Below are positions 10,110 to 20,554 of a DNA stretch of 64,000 nucleotides, one piece after another. This DNA is from a virus: positions 5,915 to 69,914 of the IMG/VR virus record IMGVR_UViG_3300035670_012166. One strand, given 5' to 3'. The position numbers were made by a program, and so were the translations under genes. Position 1 is the stretch's first letter. Each line of letters begins with the position of its first letter. The notes under the pieces were generated by a model. It was not told the DNA's origin and did not search any database. It was given only the letters and a program-made list of their open reading frames with translations.

Positions 10110-11477
10110 TTATACGTTCAAAGAATAATTCTTCAAGAAATATTCTAAATCTTCAGGAGTTCCAAGACCCCACATACCTGAAATGTCAAATGTTTTAATT
10201 TTCTTATTATCTAAAATTGCTTCATTAAACACTGGACAAACATAAAATTCATTATTCACTCTAATGTTCTTTTGAATCATATTTTCAGCATACTTGACAA
10301 AATCAGAACCGTGCTTCCAATAATAAACACCAACAGTGGCAATATCAGAAATAGGATTCTTTTCTGCTACTTCAACAACATAACCATCTTCATCAATTTT
10401 TGCATAAGACCATTTAGGATGAGTAGCTCTAAAAGAAACAATACCAGCATCTAAATTTTGCTCATTCATTTTATAGAAAAAATCTAAACTATTCCATTCA
10501 ATAAACTGATCAGAATTTGCAATAACTAAAGGTTCATCATTATCAATAAATTCCTTAGCCAACAGAACAGTACAAGCAGCACCTTCAGTAACTCCATCAA
10601 CTTCAACAATCTTGCAATTATTAGAAACAAGATTTAACATAGAATCTAAATTGTATTTTTCTCTGTGAGCTTTCTGAACTACAAAAATATAATTAGCTTC
10701 AACATTCAAATTTTCAACTACTACTTGAATCATTGGTTTACTATGTACTTCAATCAATGGTTTTGGAAAAGTATAACCAGCTTGAAGAAATCTACTACCA
10801 TTACCAGCCATAGGAATTAATACATTCATCTTTTTATCAACCCATCTTTCTATGTGTTTATTATTACAACTAAATGCATTATATATTTTTTCATAGTCAA
10901 AGTCATCAGTGTTGTTTACCCTCAATACTTTAGCTCCTGATCTATATGCAGAAGTAAGTCCAGTAGGTGAATCTTCTACTATCAATGTAGAATCTGGCAA
11001 TACACCAAAATATGACATAGCCTTCCAATATATTTCTGGATGAGGCTTAGCATATTTAACATCCTCATTAGAAAGCACTAAATCAAAATATTCTAAAATA
11101 CCAAGGTTAGATAAGGCTAAATTTACTGTGTTTTTTACAGAATTAGAGCAACAAGCAATAAGAAATCCATTAAGTTTTAAAGTTTCAAAAATATCGATAA
11201 ATTTGTAATTTTTTTGCAACTTAGATAATTCAATAAGTGTGTGCTCTTGTTTTTTATCAAATATATTTTTTTTAGTATCTTCTGACAATTTATGTTTTTT
11301 GGAAAGAAGATTTAATTTGTCATAAGTTTTCAACCCATCATAATATCTTAGGTGTTCTTCCCAACTAATTACTAAAGAAAGATCTATTTCTTGAAGAGCT
11401 GAATTCAATGAGTTAAAATGAATTTCCTTTGCTTCTACTAAAACTCCATCAAGATCAAACACAACTAATTTTGCCAT
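10110..11477 (-). CDS. HAD phosphatase - nucleotidyltransferase fusion
   Basis: N-terminal DLDGVL...KPHP...EDSP; C-terminal IPMAGNGSRF..GY..PKPLI...GLGTPEDL. Confidence 0.85.
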   Translation of the reverse strand: MAKLVVFDLDGVLVEAKEIHFNSLNSALQEIDLSLVISWEEHLRYYDGLKTYDKLNLLSKKHKLSEDTKKNIFDKKQEHTLIELSKLQKNYKFIDIFETLKLNGFLIACCSNSVKNTVNLALSNLGILEYFDLVLSNEDVKYAKPHPEIYWKAMSYFGVLPDSTLIVEDSPTGLTSAYRSGAKVLRVNNTDDFDYEKIYNAFSCNNKHIERWVDKKMNVLIPMAGNGSRFLQAGYTFPKPLIEVHSKPMIQVVVENLNVEANYIFVVQKAHREKYNLDSMLNLVSNNCKIVEVDGVTEGAACTVLLAKEFIDNDEPLVIANSDQFIEWNSLDFFYKMNEQNLDAGIVSFRATHPKWSYAKIDEDGYVVEVAEKNPISDIATVGVYYWKHGSDFVKYAENMIQKNIRVNNEFYVCPVFNEAILDNKKIKTFDISGMWGLGTPEDLEYFLKNYSLNV

Positions 11478-11594
11478 AAATATATTATAAATAAAGATTA
11501 TTTCCTTAACGCTTCATCAATCTTCATACCCAACTTCAATAACCTATAACGCAACTTCTGGTAATTAATCTCACAACGGATATCCTGAGACCAA

Positions 11595-12770
11595 TTATTT
11601 CCACCAAACAATTTCTTCTTTGCAGGTTCTATTTCCAATCAAGTCTAAATATCTTGATTTTGGAATATTGTGCTTTTCATAATTGCTTTTTCCTACAATT
11701 CCATTCTTATAATTATCACGAACAATTTTGGCAATTTTATAACTTTCTAAATCTTTTTCAGATTTTTGTTTTCCTAAATTAAGTCTTTTATCTGTAGAGA
11801 AAATTTGTTCAATAGATAATCCTTGTCTGTATCTTCTATCTAAAGTAGATTTCGGAATATCAACTTCTTTGCTCCAATCTGAAAGCGACAATGTTTTATC
11901 ATTGTATGTTAGATAAATTGTTTCTTGATTGGATTTTTGATATACATAATTTTCGTCAAACCAAGTACGATTTGATAAGACATCATAAATTGTTGAAAGG
12001 GGTGTATCTAGTTTTAAAGATATATCCTTAGCTGATAAAGTTTGATGCAAAGTTCTAATAGTATTGGCAACTTCCTGATCTATTTTTTGATTATTGTGAG
12101 GCTTTGGATCTTCACCAACATAATCAGCTAATTCTAAATATTTTTGATATTTTCTTGAAAGTCTTGTTTCTTCTGTCGAATCTTTGTAAAGCCAATCTAA
12201 AAATTTTTTTGCAACATACTTGCCACTAAAATAAAGGTTAGTGTATGTACCATTGTTTTTAATACTGCCTTCACAATTATTATTGTTTTCATTATAGAAT
12301 TTTTTTAATCCTGATAAAAAACTTTCAGTCCCTACGATTGATGCTGAATATTGTCCTTTTGAAGGGTTGAAATGAACACATCCATCACCATCAAAATATC
12401 CTCTAATAAAATTATTCATAAGTTCATTTGAAATATCTTTACACCAATTTAAATTATAAGTTTTATTATTAGTATTAAAATATTTATTTATATCTTTTTT
12501 AATTTGATTTGAACATATTCTGATAGCTGACTGATCTTGCCCATTTTTTTTGGGAGTAAAATAAATTTTTCCATTATAAGAAATATCTTTTTTAAATCTA
12601 TTTAAAATTTCTTCATCTGATTTGATAATGTTAATTATCAAATAATTCATTTTATTTTCAAAATTGGTTATATGACCATCCGCTGCAATAAAACCCAAAT
12701 AATAAGCTGATTTATCATTCAAGTTGGAAAAATAAAAATCATTCAAAGAGTAAGTTCGTTTATCAACCAT
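11595..12770 (-). mobile_element. Free-standing double-motif LAGLIDADG homing endonuclease with C-terminal HTH-like modules (start likely ATG 12770)
   Basis: YYLGFIAADG and FIRGYFDGDG motifs; TATAAT and GGAG upstream of ATG 12770. Confidence 0.8.
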
Positions 12771-12802
12771 TTTGGTTCTCCATATTAGATTATACATCAT
12801 AA

Positions 12803-12840
12803 ACAAAATAATAAGGGAAGATAATTCTTCCCTTATTATT
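12803..12840 (-). terminator. Terminator after the major capsid gene
   Basis: 15-bp inverted repeat AATAATAAGGGAAGA/TCTTCCCTTATTATT. Confidence 0.7.
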
Positions 12841-12854
12841 AAGAATTCAAATTT

Positions 12855-13709
12855 TTACGAAACTGTGATGCGACTTACAGCGTAATCATTTATCAAAGCG
12901 AATCCTAATTCTTCATACACAACCCAGCCTAATCTCAATCTCTTTGGATCGTCAGCTGGAAGAACGGTGATGTCTTGGCGAACTGGCATTGCACCAACGA
13001 ATTGGGCAGGTGCGAGAACGTAAACACTGTTCTTAGGAACCATTGTGCTGACGTGGATGTCTGCAGAGTAGATATGACCATAGAGACCAGTCATAAGAAT
13101 ATCTCTTTGAGTTGCCTCATCGAAGAATTCCTTACCCCAGTTTCTGATATCTTTGTATCTTTGTGGGTGAAGAACAACCTTAGCACCAATTAACTCATGC
13201 TCTTCAATGAGGGTCAACGCAAGGTTGACATTCTCAGGTTGGAGAGTACCAGAAACTGAAATAGCTTGGTCAGTTGGAACACCAGCATTGATGACCTTGA
13301 AGACTTCAGTATCTTCTTGTCTTTGGAGGGAGTCCTTAGCACGAACTTGAGCTCTATCGACAATGTAGAATCTTCTTTGGCGAATCTCATTGAGTCTGAT
13401 TTGTGGGTGTGCAGCTAACTCAACTGTAGGAACGAGAAGCTCTTCAGCCTCAACCTCAGCAGTAGGAACAGCACCTCTCTTAGGAATGACGTATGACTTT
13501 ACAGCAACGTCTCTCTCATAACGAGCAAGTGCGCCTTGTGGAAGCTCATCAACCATCAAAAGTTTGCGGCCAATTGCTTGATACATGAGGGAAGTCTTGA
13601 TTGGCTCAACCATTGCTTGTGCAAGGGCTGTGCGTCCCTCTGGAGTTTCAAGAGCCATTGCGATAATGGACTCTCTCTGCTCATTTGTGTTTCTCTTAAT
13701 CATTGACAT
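12855..13709 (-). CDS. Major capsid protein (HK97-fold inferred)
   Basis: Follows protease, scaffold and decoration genes; strong AGGAG RBS; higher-GC codon usage; P-domain-like C-terminus (LGWVVYEELGF). Confidence 0.8.
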   Translation of the reverse strand: MSMIKRNTNEQRESIIAMALETPEGRTALAQAMVEPIKTSLMYQAIGRKLLMVDELPQGALARYERDVAVKSYVIPKRGAVPTAEVEAEELLVPTVELAAHPQIRLNEIRQRRFYIVDRAQVRAKDSLQRQEDTEVFKVINAGVPTDQAISVSGTLQPENVNLALTLIEEHELIGAKVVLHPQRYKDIRNWGKEFFDEATQRDILMTGLYGHIYSADIHVSTMVPKNSVYVLAPAQFVGAMPVRQDITVLPADDPKRLRLGWVVYEELGFALINDYAVSRITVS

Positions 13710-13742
13710 TTGATTTTTTCTCCTTTAAAAATTCCTTACCGA

Positions 13743-14396
13743 TTAGACTCCACTAAGTTGGGTGAAGTAAAGAAGGCCAGCAGCAGAGTCATAACTATCA
13801 ACTCTACCAACAATAACGCCATCGGTTCCAACAGTGCCTAATTTACAAAGCTTACCAGCATTGCCAGAAGCAGCAGCAACTGTGAGAAGATCACCAACAG
13901 CAGGGGTCCAACCACCAGCAGCACCATCTTGGGTGACAGAAGTAGATGCAACACCAACGAATCTATCGGTAATAAATTGTGCGCCTGGGGTATTGAAAAC
14001 TCCAACACCTCTTCTTGGACCTTCATATCCTGAAGAACCAGCAGTTGGGTTTGTTACACCATTGACGTTTTCAGCCAAGAAGTCGCCAATAGCTCTCTTT
14101 GAAACAACATAGAAACCATTGTTGTTAGCTTGAAGAACACCATTGGAATCGGTGTAAGAAGAACCAACTGGATCAGCAAGAATCATGGTGTTGCCAGTTC
14201 TTGCAGTATCATCTGCAGAGAAACCAACAAATTTACCTAATTGTTGTTGAAGGGTTGTGAAACCTGTAGCAGCTCTGTAAGCAGCAGCAACAGTTCCGTC
14301 ACTCTGAAGGAAGAGTGCGTCACCTGCAAGCCATGAAGCAGAAGCAGCTGTGTTGTAGTTAGCAACTACAAGAGTGTTTAATGCACGAATAGCCAT
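13743..14396 (-). CDS. Putative head decoration/cement protein
   Basis: Gly/Ala-rich 217 aa between scaffold and capsid; GDLLTV...GKL and VGRV patterns; AGGAG RBS. Confidence 0.55.
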   Translation of the reverse strand: MAIRALNTLVVANYNTAASASWLAGDALFLQSDGTVAAAYRAATGFTTLQQQLGKFVGFSADDTARTGNTMILADPVGSSYTDSNGVLQANNNGFYVVSKRAIGDFLAENVNGVTNPTAGSSGYEGPRRGVGVFNTPGAQFITDRFVGVASTSVTQDGAAGGWTPAVGDLLTVAAASGNAGKLCKLGTVGTDGVIVGRVDSYDSAAGLLYFTQLSGV

Positions 14397-14428
14397 TATA
14401 TTTTCTCCTAAAATTTATTGTGAGGTGA

Positions 14429-16120
14429 TTAATCCTCGATTTTTGGCATTGTCCAAGTGCCTTTAAGAGCACTTTGGATGTCAAGAGCTGCACTGTTGTT
14501 GGAAAATCCACCAGACATTGCAGGAGATGTAGATACGCCTAATGTTGAAGCGGTTCTAGTACTCATTCTTTCAGCAGCTGCAGCAGCAACTCTTTCAGTT
14601 GATGATTGTGCAGACTTGAGTAAAAGTTTGGTTTGTCTGATCATAGAATCAGCTTTCAAACCATCGTTGAGCATTTGCTCAGCGTATGAATCAACTTCGT
14701 CAGAAGTGATAATTCCAGCTAAAGCTAATTTTGTTGCACAGCTATAAGAACACTTGATTCTTGCTGTATCAACAGAAGCTTTAAGTTCAGTAACAGTTGT
14801 AGCTTTGCCAGGAAGTTGAAATTCAGCGCCTGAAGGACCTTTACCAGTCAATTTAAGACCTTCTTCGTGAACAGGCTCTTGAATTTGCTCAGATTTTCTT
14901 TCCATATCTTCTGATTCTTCCTCATCAGACTTATCAGAAGCAGTTCTATTTGTTGGGCACTCTTTGTTTGCACAGCGAGTGTTGTCATCTTCCATCTCAG
15001 CTTCAGTCATAGACATTCTTGTACCACAAGCAGTGCATTCAACATCATGTTTGGAAGCACTAACAGATTTTGTTGATTTATGTGGCATAGCTGGCATTTG
15101 AGTTGGAACTTCAGGATGTTTAACATCTTCAAATCCTTCAGAAGGATTCTCTAATTTATCCCAATCAACTGTATACTCTAAAGAACCATCACCGGAACCT
15201 TCAAATTTCATAGGCTTTGTGACTGAAGGAAATTCCAAATGATCACCATTAACAGTTGGAACTTTTTGTTCAGCCCAAGTTGGATTTTGTTCCTTGAGTG
15301 AATTACCTTCACTACTTTGCATAGTCATAGAAGGATAATCTACTTCACCTTCCATATTGACTAAATCTTCGTTATATTTAAAAGAGGCTGACGCAGGATA
15401 AGTCTCTTCTTCAGATGCAATCTTCTTGAGAATTTCTTCTCTTTCTGCTCTTCTCATAAGGGCTTCTCTCTGTGCTTTGCGCTCAGCCAATGATTGTTTA
15501 TTCATTGATCTAACCTCGTTGCTTGTTTTCATAAGTTGTGTTTCATCATCTTCATCATCATCAGACATTGAATCTTCATCATCATCATTAAAATGAGTAA
15601 TTTCATCTTCATCATCTTCTGAATCAACATCTCCGCCAAGAAGATTATCTAGCGCCTCTTGCACAGCTTTTTGTGCTTGGTCAACCATATCAGCGGGAAC
15701 TTCAATCTCAAAAGTGGCGACATCATCACTATCTTCTACTTCGTCTTCGTCTTCCATATCGTCTGACATATCATCAGACATTTCTTCATTTTCATCATCT
15801 GAATCCTCATCACTCTCAAAGTGATGGAACTCTAAATCTTCATCATCATCGTCAGATTCATCTTTTGCGAAGTCAACAGTCTCTTTGCCATGATCAAGGT
15901 CCAAATTGGAGAAATCAAGACCAGCTTGTTTTGCAATATTTGGTAGATATTTTGCTCTAATTGCTTTTGCTACAACAATTGCTTCATTATTGTTTAATGA
16001 TGCAGTTTTCGTCATATCTGAAGCACAATTCAAAAGATCTTCCTTATCAGTTGCATTGATTTCAGCTAATCTCATTGCTGCAAATCTTCCCTGATTGGCT
16101 CTATTCGAATTTTTGTTCAT
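14429..16120 (-). CDS. Putative scaffolding protein (acidic, Zn-ribbon)
   Basis: Very Asp/Glu-rich; CTACG...CANKEC; directly upstream of decoration and capsid genes. Confidence 0.55.
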   Translation of the reverse strand: MNKNSNRANQGRFAAMRLAEINATDKEDLLNCASDMTKTASLNNNEAIVVAKAIRAKYLPNIAKQAGLDFSNLDLDHGKETVDFAKDESDDDDEDLEFHHFESDEDSDDENEEMSDDMSDDMEDEDEVEDSDDVATFEIEVPADMVDQAQKAVQEALDNLLGGDVDSEDDEDEITHFNDDDEDSMSDDDEDDETQLMKTSNEVRSMNKQSLAERKAQREALMRRAEREEILKKIASEEETYPASASFKYNEDLVNMEGEVDYPSMTMQSSEGNSLKEQNPTWAEQKVPTVNGDHLEFPSVTKPMKFEGSGDGSLEYTVDWDKLENPSEGFEDVKHPEVPTQMPAMPHKSTKSVSASKHDVECTACGTRMSMTEAEMEDDNTRCANKECPTNRTASDKSDEEESEDMERKSEQIQEPVHEEGLKLTGKGPSGAEFQLPGKATTVTELKASVDTARIKCSYSCATKLALAGIITSDEVDSYAEQMLNDGLKADSMIRQTKLLLKSAQSSTERVAAAAAERMSTRTASTLGVSTSPAMSGGFSNNSAALDIQSALKGTWTMPKIED

Positions 16121-16200
16121 TTTTTATGCTGCTTCCCTTAATAAAAATAAAATCTTTTATCAAAGAATCTATAAATTAGTTTTATAAACTTTTTTTTAAC

Positions 16201-16225
16201 TTCTAGATAAGTTGTTTTTACACCT
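16201..16225 (-). promoter_or_regulatory. Putative late promoter AGG-N18-AGAA
   Basis: AGG tgtaaaaacaacttatct AGAA; same spacing at three other head-gene intergenic sites. Confidence 0.6.
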
Positions 16226-16238
16226 TTTTTAAAGAAAA

Positions 16239-16266
16239 ATAAGTGAGGGAATTATCCCCCACTTAT
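16239..16266 (-). terminator. Imperfect hairpin after the protease gene
   Basis: ATAAGTG-a-GGGA/TCCC-c-CACTTAT; T-rich downstream on the minus strand. Confidence 0.45.
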
Positions 16267-16276
16267 CTATCAATTT

Positions 16277-19200
16277 TTAGTCAATCCAAGTGATTGTAAC
16301 ATCAAGCTTTGATGGATCATTCTTAGAAGCTTGTACAGATGTTCTAGAATAATTTCCACACTTGTAGCAGAATGTATTATTTTTTACTTTATGTGCTTCT
16401 CTATCACCGCAAGATGGGCAAACCATTCCAATTGGTAACATAGATTCTGCTTTTCTGTCAAATGCAGGTAAAGCAGTTTTCAAGTAAACATCTGAATCAA
16501 CAGTAGCAGAAAGTCTTACCATTGTTTTGATATCAGAAGCAACAGGTCCCATACCAGGAGCAGCTGGAGCAGGTGCAGGTGTTTCAGTAGGTGCAGTAGC
16601 TGCTCCTAAACCAGTATCTGGTCCAAGTCCCATTGGTTCTTCACCCATATCAGACTTGCCCTTATCTCCCATAGAAATAAGTTCAATTGATTGCATAATT
16701 TTGTATGTAGTGCCACAGCTTTGACAATCTGCATTAGACTCTGAAATATTTACATCATCAGAACCACAAACAGGACATACTGATCCCCAAGGTTTCTTTT
16801 CACCTGGTTCTGTCATTGCATCCATATCAGCAGATTCATTCATATCTGCTCCGCCAGTTAATGAAGAAATTCCTAAATCTCCACCAGCAGGAGCAGTAGC
16901 ACCTAAGCCTGGATCAACAGGACCAGCAGCAGGACCAGCAGGAGCTGGAGCACCCATTCCTGGCATTGCTTGAGCATATTTAGCTAAGACACTGTCTCTT
17001 CTTTCTTTTCTTGCGATTCTTGCAGTTTCTGTCATAATTACAGGAACATCTTCACCGCCTTCAATTACTTCTCCAACTTCACCAGATTCTGCTGAGTCTG
17101 TTTTGAATGTTTTAGAAGATGCAGTTGAAACAGTAGCTGTAACATCGCCATTTTCAGATACAAATAAATCAGTAAAAGAGAATGTTCCAGGATCTACTTG
17201 GAAACCGTGTCCTTGCAATACTTCAATAGCCTTTTGCTTGAATGTTTCATCAAAATTGCTATCTGATGGTTGAACACCATCTAAATCTTCAGCTCTGCAG
17301 ATAAATCTAATGCATTCTGATTTGCTTTGAGTAATTGTCATACCAGCAGTTCTTTCAGAAGCAACTACTGCTTTGGCAACTAATTTTTCTGCAACTTCAA
17401 ATTCTTCACAAAGTCTCTTAGCAGCCTTTGCAATTTTTCTTGTGCTAATGCCAAAATTTGTTGAATAATCTGCTAACCAACCAACAACATTATCAGAAAT
17501 GTTCTTTGTTGATGCAGTTTTAACACCCCAGAATTCTCTTCTTGCTCTTGCTCTTAATCTGCCATCAGTAGCAGTTGCAGTCTTTGCTTTATCAATAGCA
17601 GCCATCAATTGCTTTTCTGGCATAGCATCTACGGAATCTACTACTTCATCAGGAGTTGTTCCAGTTTCTTTCGAGGACATTGCCATAGCGGAAATTGCAG
17701 ATTTAAGATCATCTTTAGAGATAAGATCAGCATCAGCATCTACTGCAGACATAAGAGCTGATTTAAGTTCTTCATTTTTTGAAGGAGTGACATCAACATC
17801 TAATCCTTCTTCAGGAACAGCAGCATCTTTCATAAGTAATTCAGCAATTCTTGTGATGCCTTCTTTTGTAATTTCGCCTTCTTCAACTGCTACTGAAAGA
17901 GCATCAGAAAGATCTTTAGCTGTAATATCTGCAGAAACAGCAGCGCCTAATTGCTTAAGAATAGCTGCAACAGAATTATCAGGTTCCATTTCTTGATTGA
18001 AGAAATCTGCTCTTTCTGATTTATCAGATTCCATAGCAGAACCAGCAGCTGCTGTACCAATCATTTCTGGAAGCATTGGTTCATCAGACAATGTTTGTGC
18101 CACTCTAAGAATAGTTTTAGGAGTTTCATAAGAAGAAACTACAGCTCTTCCTAAAGCATTAATTGTAGCAGCCATAATTTCATGAGCACTTGCTGATCCT
18201 TCTGCTCTATGATTTGATAATTGCTCTTCAAGAATTCCAGTAGGTACACCGTGAGTAACTTCTTCAACAAGTTGAGTTAATGTTTCTCTTACAGCATCAT
18301 CCTTGACTCTTCTGCCATAAAGACCAGCATCACCAAGAAGAATCTCTTTGACTGCATCTTGACCTTCGCCAGTTTGCTTAGATTTGAGTTGTTCTTCTTT
18401 AGTGTTCTCATTAACTCCAGTGTTCTTACTCTTAACGCCATCAACTAAGTTGTCGTAAGATTCACCTTTTCTAACTTCATCAAGTTGCTTTTCTCTGTCA
18501 TCAAGTCTTTCTTTAACATCAAGCAATGCAGTTCTGACAAATTTAGAATAATCATTGAGTAATTCTGCAGCAACTCTTGTACCTTGTCCATTTTCCATCA
18601 AGTTTAATTGATTTTCATTAAGGATAGGTTCCCAAGCAGTTCTTTTGCCATTTGTGTAGCCTGTAATTGAACCATCAGTAGAAAGAACAACTCTATTGCC
18701 AGCATTGTCTTCGACTTTGAAATCGATTGTAACTGCAGCAGCAAGTTTTTTTCTTTGCTCTGATGCAATCTTTGCAAAGTGATCCATTTGATTTCTGCTC
18801 CCCGCCACGAAAGGCGTATTTGTTTTTATGTTTTTACTTCTTTCATTAGCAATTCTAATGACATTATCAATACTTTTTTGTACTTGCTTTTGATCATTTA
18901 AATTTTCTTTTAAATTTAAAATGCTCTTAGTTAAGTTTAAAAGTTTATTAGAAGATGAATTAGTTTGGGTACTTGCAAAAACTTCTCTTTTGCCATCTTT
19001 TGATGCCCATACTAAATTATTATAGCTAGAGGCTAAAGCTACGCCTCCTCCTATTTGTGGACCTTGGTTTTGATTTAATGATAAATCCATAATTTTTCCA
19101 ACAGAATCAGTTGGAGAATAATTAGCCAGTCCCACATTAGCTGCCATAGGAGAAGCTTGTTGTGCTTGACCTGGCTGACCTTGTTGTGCTTGAGGTTGAT

Positions 19201-20428
19201 TAATTTGTTGAGGTCTTTGTCCTGATCCAACATCTATGCCATCATCAATCATATCTTGCATAGTTGATTGTAATTCAGCCATAGATTTTGTAACTTTTCC
19301 AACGTGACCTAAATCAACATTGTCTTTTCTTGCAAACATATTCATCACAGCAACTTCTAAGAAATTAAGTGATAAATTAATCAAATCAAGAATATTTAAT
19401 CCAGAAGCAGGATCAATTCCAAGGGCTGATAACACTGCTTGAACAGTAGAATTTTGATTAGCTCCTTGTCCTGCTAATAAAGGACCTCCAACAAGTGTTC
19501 CAGCTTGTTGTGCTAATCTTATTGCTGTTTTAGCTGTGGAATTTGCAACCCTTAAGCAATTTTCATATTCTAATCTATCTTGTGTGTTATTAGGTAGATC
19601 TTGTAATGCTAAAACAATATTAGAAGAAATTTCATTAGCTTTCTTTTCTAAATTGGTGGCTGCATCTAGAACATCATCTACATCATAAATTTCTTGAATT
19701 TCGCAAGATTCAAAAGCACCATCACCTACACAGCTAAGTTCAATAAACTTAACTCCGTAGTTTTTTTCATAAGCTCTTTTGCCTGTTTCTGGATAAATTT
19801 TTCCTTTGTATTTCTTAAGGTGTTCACAATAATCTCTTTCTGTATATGCTTTATTACCGCAAACAGAACAAACACCCCATTCAACACTAGCTCCCATAGA
19901 AACATCATGAATTACACCAGTGCGAATATTTCTTGCAATATCTGGGTAAGCTTCTTCATCTACAAAGAAAGTACAGTAAACACAATTTTCTTTTTCATCC
20001 CACTCTGCATAAACAACCATACCTTTAGCTTGTTCAATATCATCGTTTTTATGGTTTGTGTAGATTGGAACGCCTTCGAAAGTTTTATATACTGGGATTT
20101 TTTCTCCCTTGATTTCTGTTTCTTTAAGTAATTCTTCTTTTGAAAACAAGTCACCATTAGCATTTACGACATCTGCATCTATAGCTCTGGCTCTTACCCA
20201 TAAAAGTTTAGCACCTTTACGAGCTTGCATTTCTTTAACAATGTCAAAATCTTTATATTTTTCCAGAACTTCTTTAGGATCAGCATAGAGAGATTGAAGA
20301 CCAATTTTAGCAGCTTCTCTCATATTAGTGGAAGCAGTTTTGATAATATATTCTCTTGCTATATTTCGGTCATTTTCGTTGAGAAAACTATTTATTGTAA
20401 TAGCTCCTCCTTTGGCAACCTTGTACAT
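16277..20428 (-). CDS. Prohead (capsid maturation) protease with long scaffold-like extension and Zn-ribbons
   Basis: N-terminal NANGD.F...NHK...G.V...DVSMGA...CSVCG...CEH...FIELSCV; C-terminal CxxC pairs. Confidence 0.7.
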   Translation of the reverse strand: MYKVAKGGAITINSFLNENDRNIAREYIIKTASTNMREAAKIGLQSLYADPKEVLEKYKDFDIVKEMQARKGAKLLWVRARAIDADVVNANGDLFSKEELLKETEIKGEKIPVYKTFEGVPIYTNHKNDDIEQAKGMVVYAEWDEKENCVYCTFFVDEEAYPDIARNIRTGVIHDVSMGASVEWGVCSVCGNKAYTERDYCEHLKKYKGKIYPETGKRAYEKNYGVKFIELSCVGDGAFESCEIQEIYDVDDVLDAATNLEKKANEISSNIVLALQDLPNNTQDRLEYENCLRVANSTAKTAIRLAQQAGTLVGGPLLAGQGANQNSTVQAVLSALGIDPASGLNILDLINLSLNFLEVAVMNMFARKDNVDLGHVGKVTKSMAELQSTMQDMIDDGIDVGSGQRPQQINQPQAQQGQPGQAQQASPMAANVGLANYSPTDSVGKIMDLSLNQNQGPQIGGGVALASSYNNLVWASKDGKREVFASTQTNSSSNKLLNLTKSILNLKENLNDQKQVQKSIDNVIRIANERSKNIKTNTPFVAGSRNQMDHFAKIASEQRKKLAAAVTIDFKVEDNAGNRVVLSTDGSITGYTNGKRTAWEPILNENQLNLMENGQGTRVAAELLNDYSKFVRTALLDVKERLDDREKQLDEVRKGESYDNLVDGVKSKNTGVNENTKEEQLKSKQTGEGQDAVKEILLGDAGLYGRRVKDDAVRETLTQLVEEVTHGVPTGILEEQLSNHRAEGSASAHEIMAATINALGRAVVSSYETPKTILRVAQTLSDEPMLPEMIGTAAAGSAMESDKSERADFFNQEMEPDNSVAAILKQLGAAVSADITAKDLSDALSVAVEEGEITKEGITRIAELLMKDAAVPEEGLDVDVTPSKNEELKSALMSAVDADADLISKDDLKSAISAMAMSSKETGTTPDEVVDSVDAMPEKQLMAAIDKAKTATATDGRLRARARREFWGVKTASTKNISDNVVGWLADYSTNFGISTRKIAKAAKRLCEEFEVAEKLVAKAVVASERTAGMTITQSKSECIRFICRAEDLDGVQPSDSNFDETFKQKAIEVLQGHGFQVDPGTFSFTDLFVSENGDVTATVSTASSKTFKTDSAESGEVGEVIEGGEDVPVIMTETARIARKERRDSVLAKYAQAMPGMGAPAPAGPAAGPVDPGLGATAPAGGDLGISSLTGGADMNESADMDAMTEPGEKKPWGSVCPVCGSDDVNISESNADCQSCGTTYKIMQSIELISMGDKGKSDMGEEPMGLGPDTGLGAATAPTETPAPAPAAPGMGPVASDIKTMVRLSATVDSDVYLKTALPAFDRKAESMLPIGMVCPSCGDREAHKVKNNTFCYKCGNYSRTSVQASKNDPSKLDVTITWID

Positions 20429-20468
20429 ATATTCAATCCTTAAAATTTAAAGTTTCTAATTCCTAATC

Positions 20469-20493
20469 TTCTGTCTAAAATAGATTTAAACCT
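20469..20493 (-). promoter_or_regulatory. Putative late promoter AGG-N18-AGAA
   Basis: AGG tttaaatctattttagac AGAA upstream of the protease gene. Confidence 0.6.
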
Positions 20494-20494
20494 G

Positions 20495-20530
20495 TAAAAA
20501 AATCTAAACCCGTCGAAATCGACGGGTTTA
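20495..20530 (-). terminator. Terminator after the portal gene
   Basis: TAAACCCGTCGA/TCGACGGGTTTA stem, then a T7 tract on the minus strand. Confidence 0.75.
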
Positions 20531-20554
20531 TTGTACAGAGACAAGTTGTTATCT

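Noticed and set aside
11595-13709. Group I intron splitting the capsid gene
   Set aside because: The capsid ORF ends with a plausible C-terminus and a terminator; no downstream exon recognised.
12855-13709. Encapsulin nanocompartment
   Set aside because: The size is similar, but portal, terminase, protease and scaffold in the same operon indicate a phage head.
15560-15860. GAT/GAA-rich low-complexity tracts as DNA repeats
   Set aside because: Explained by poly-Asp/Glu coding in the scaffold; similar tracts occur in SSB and RecA tails.
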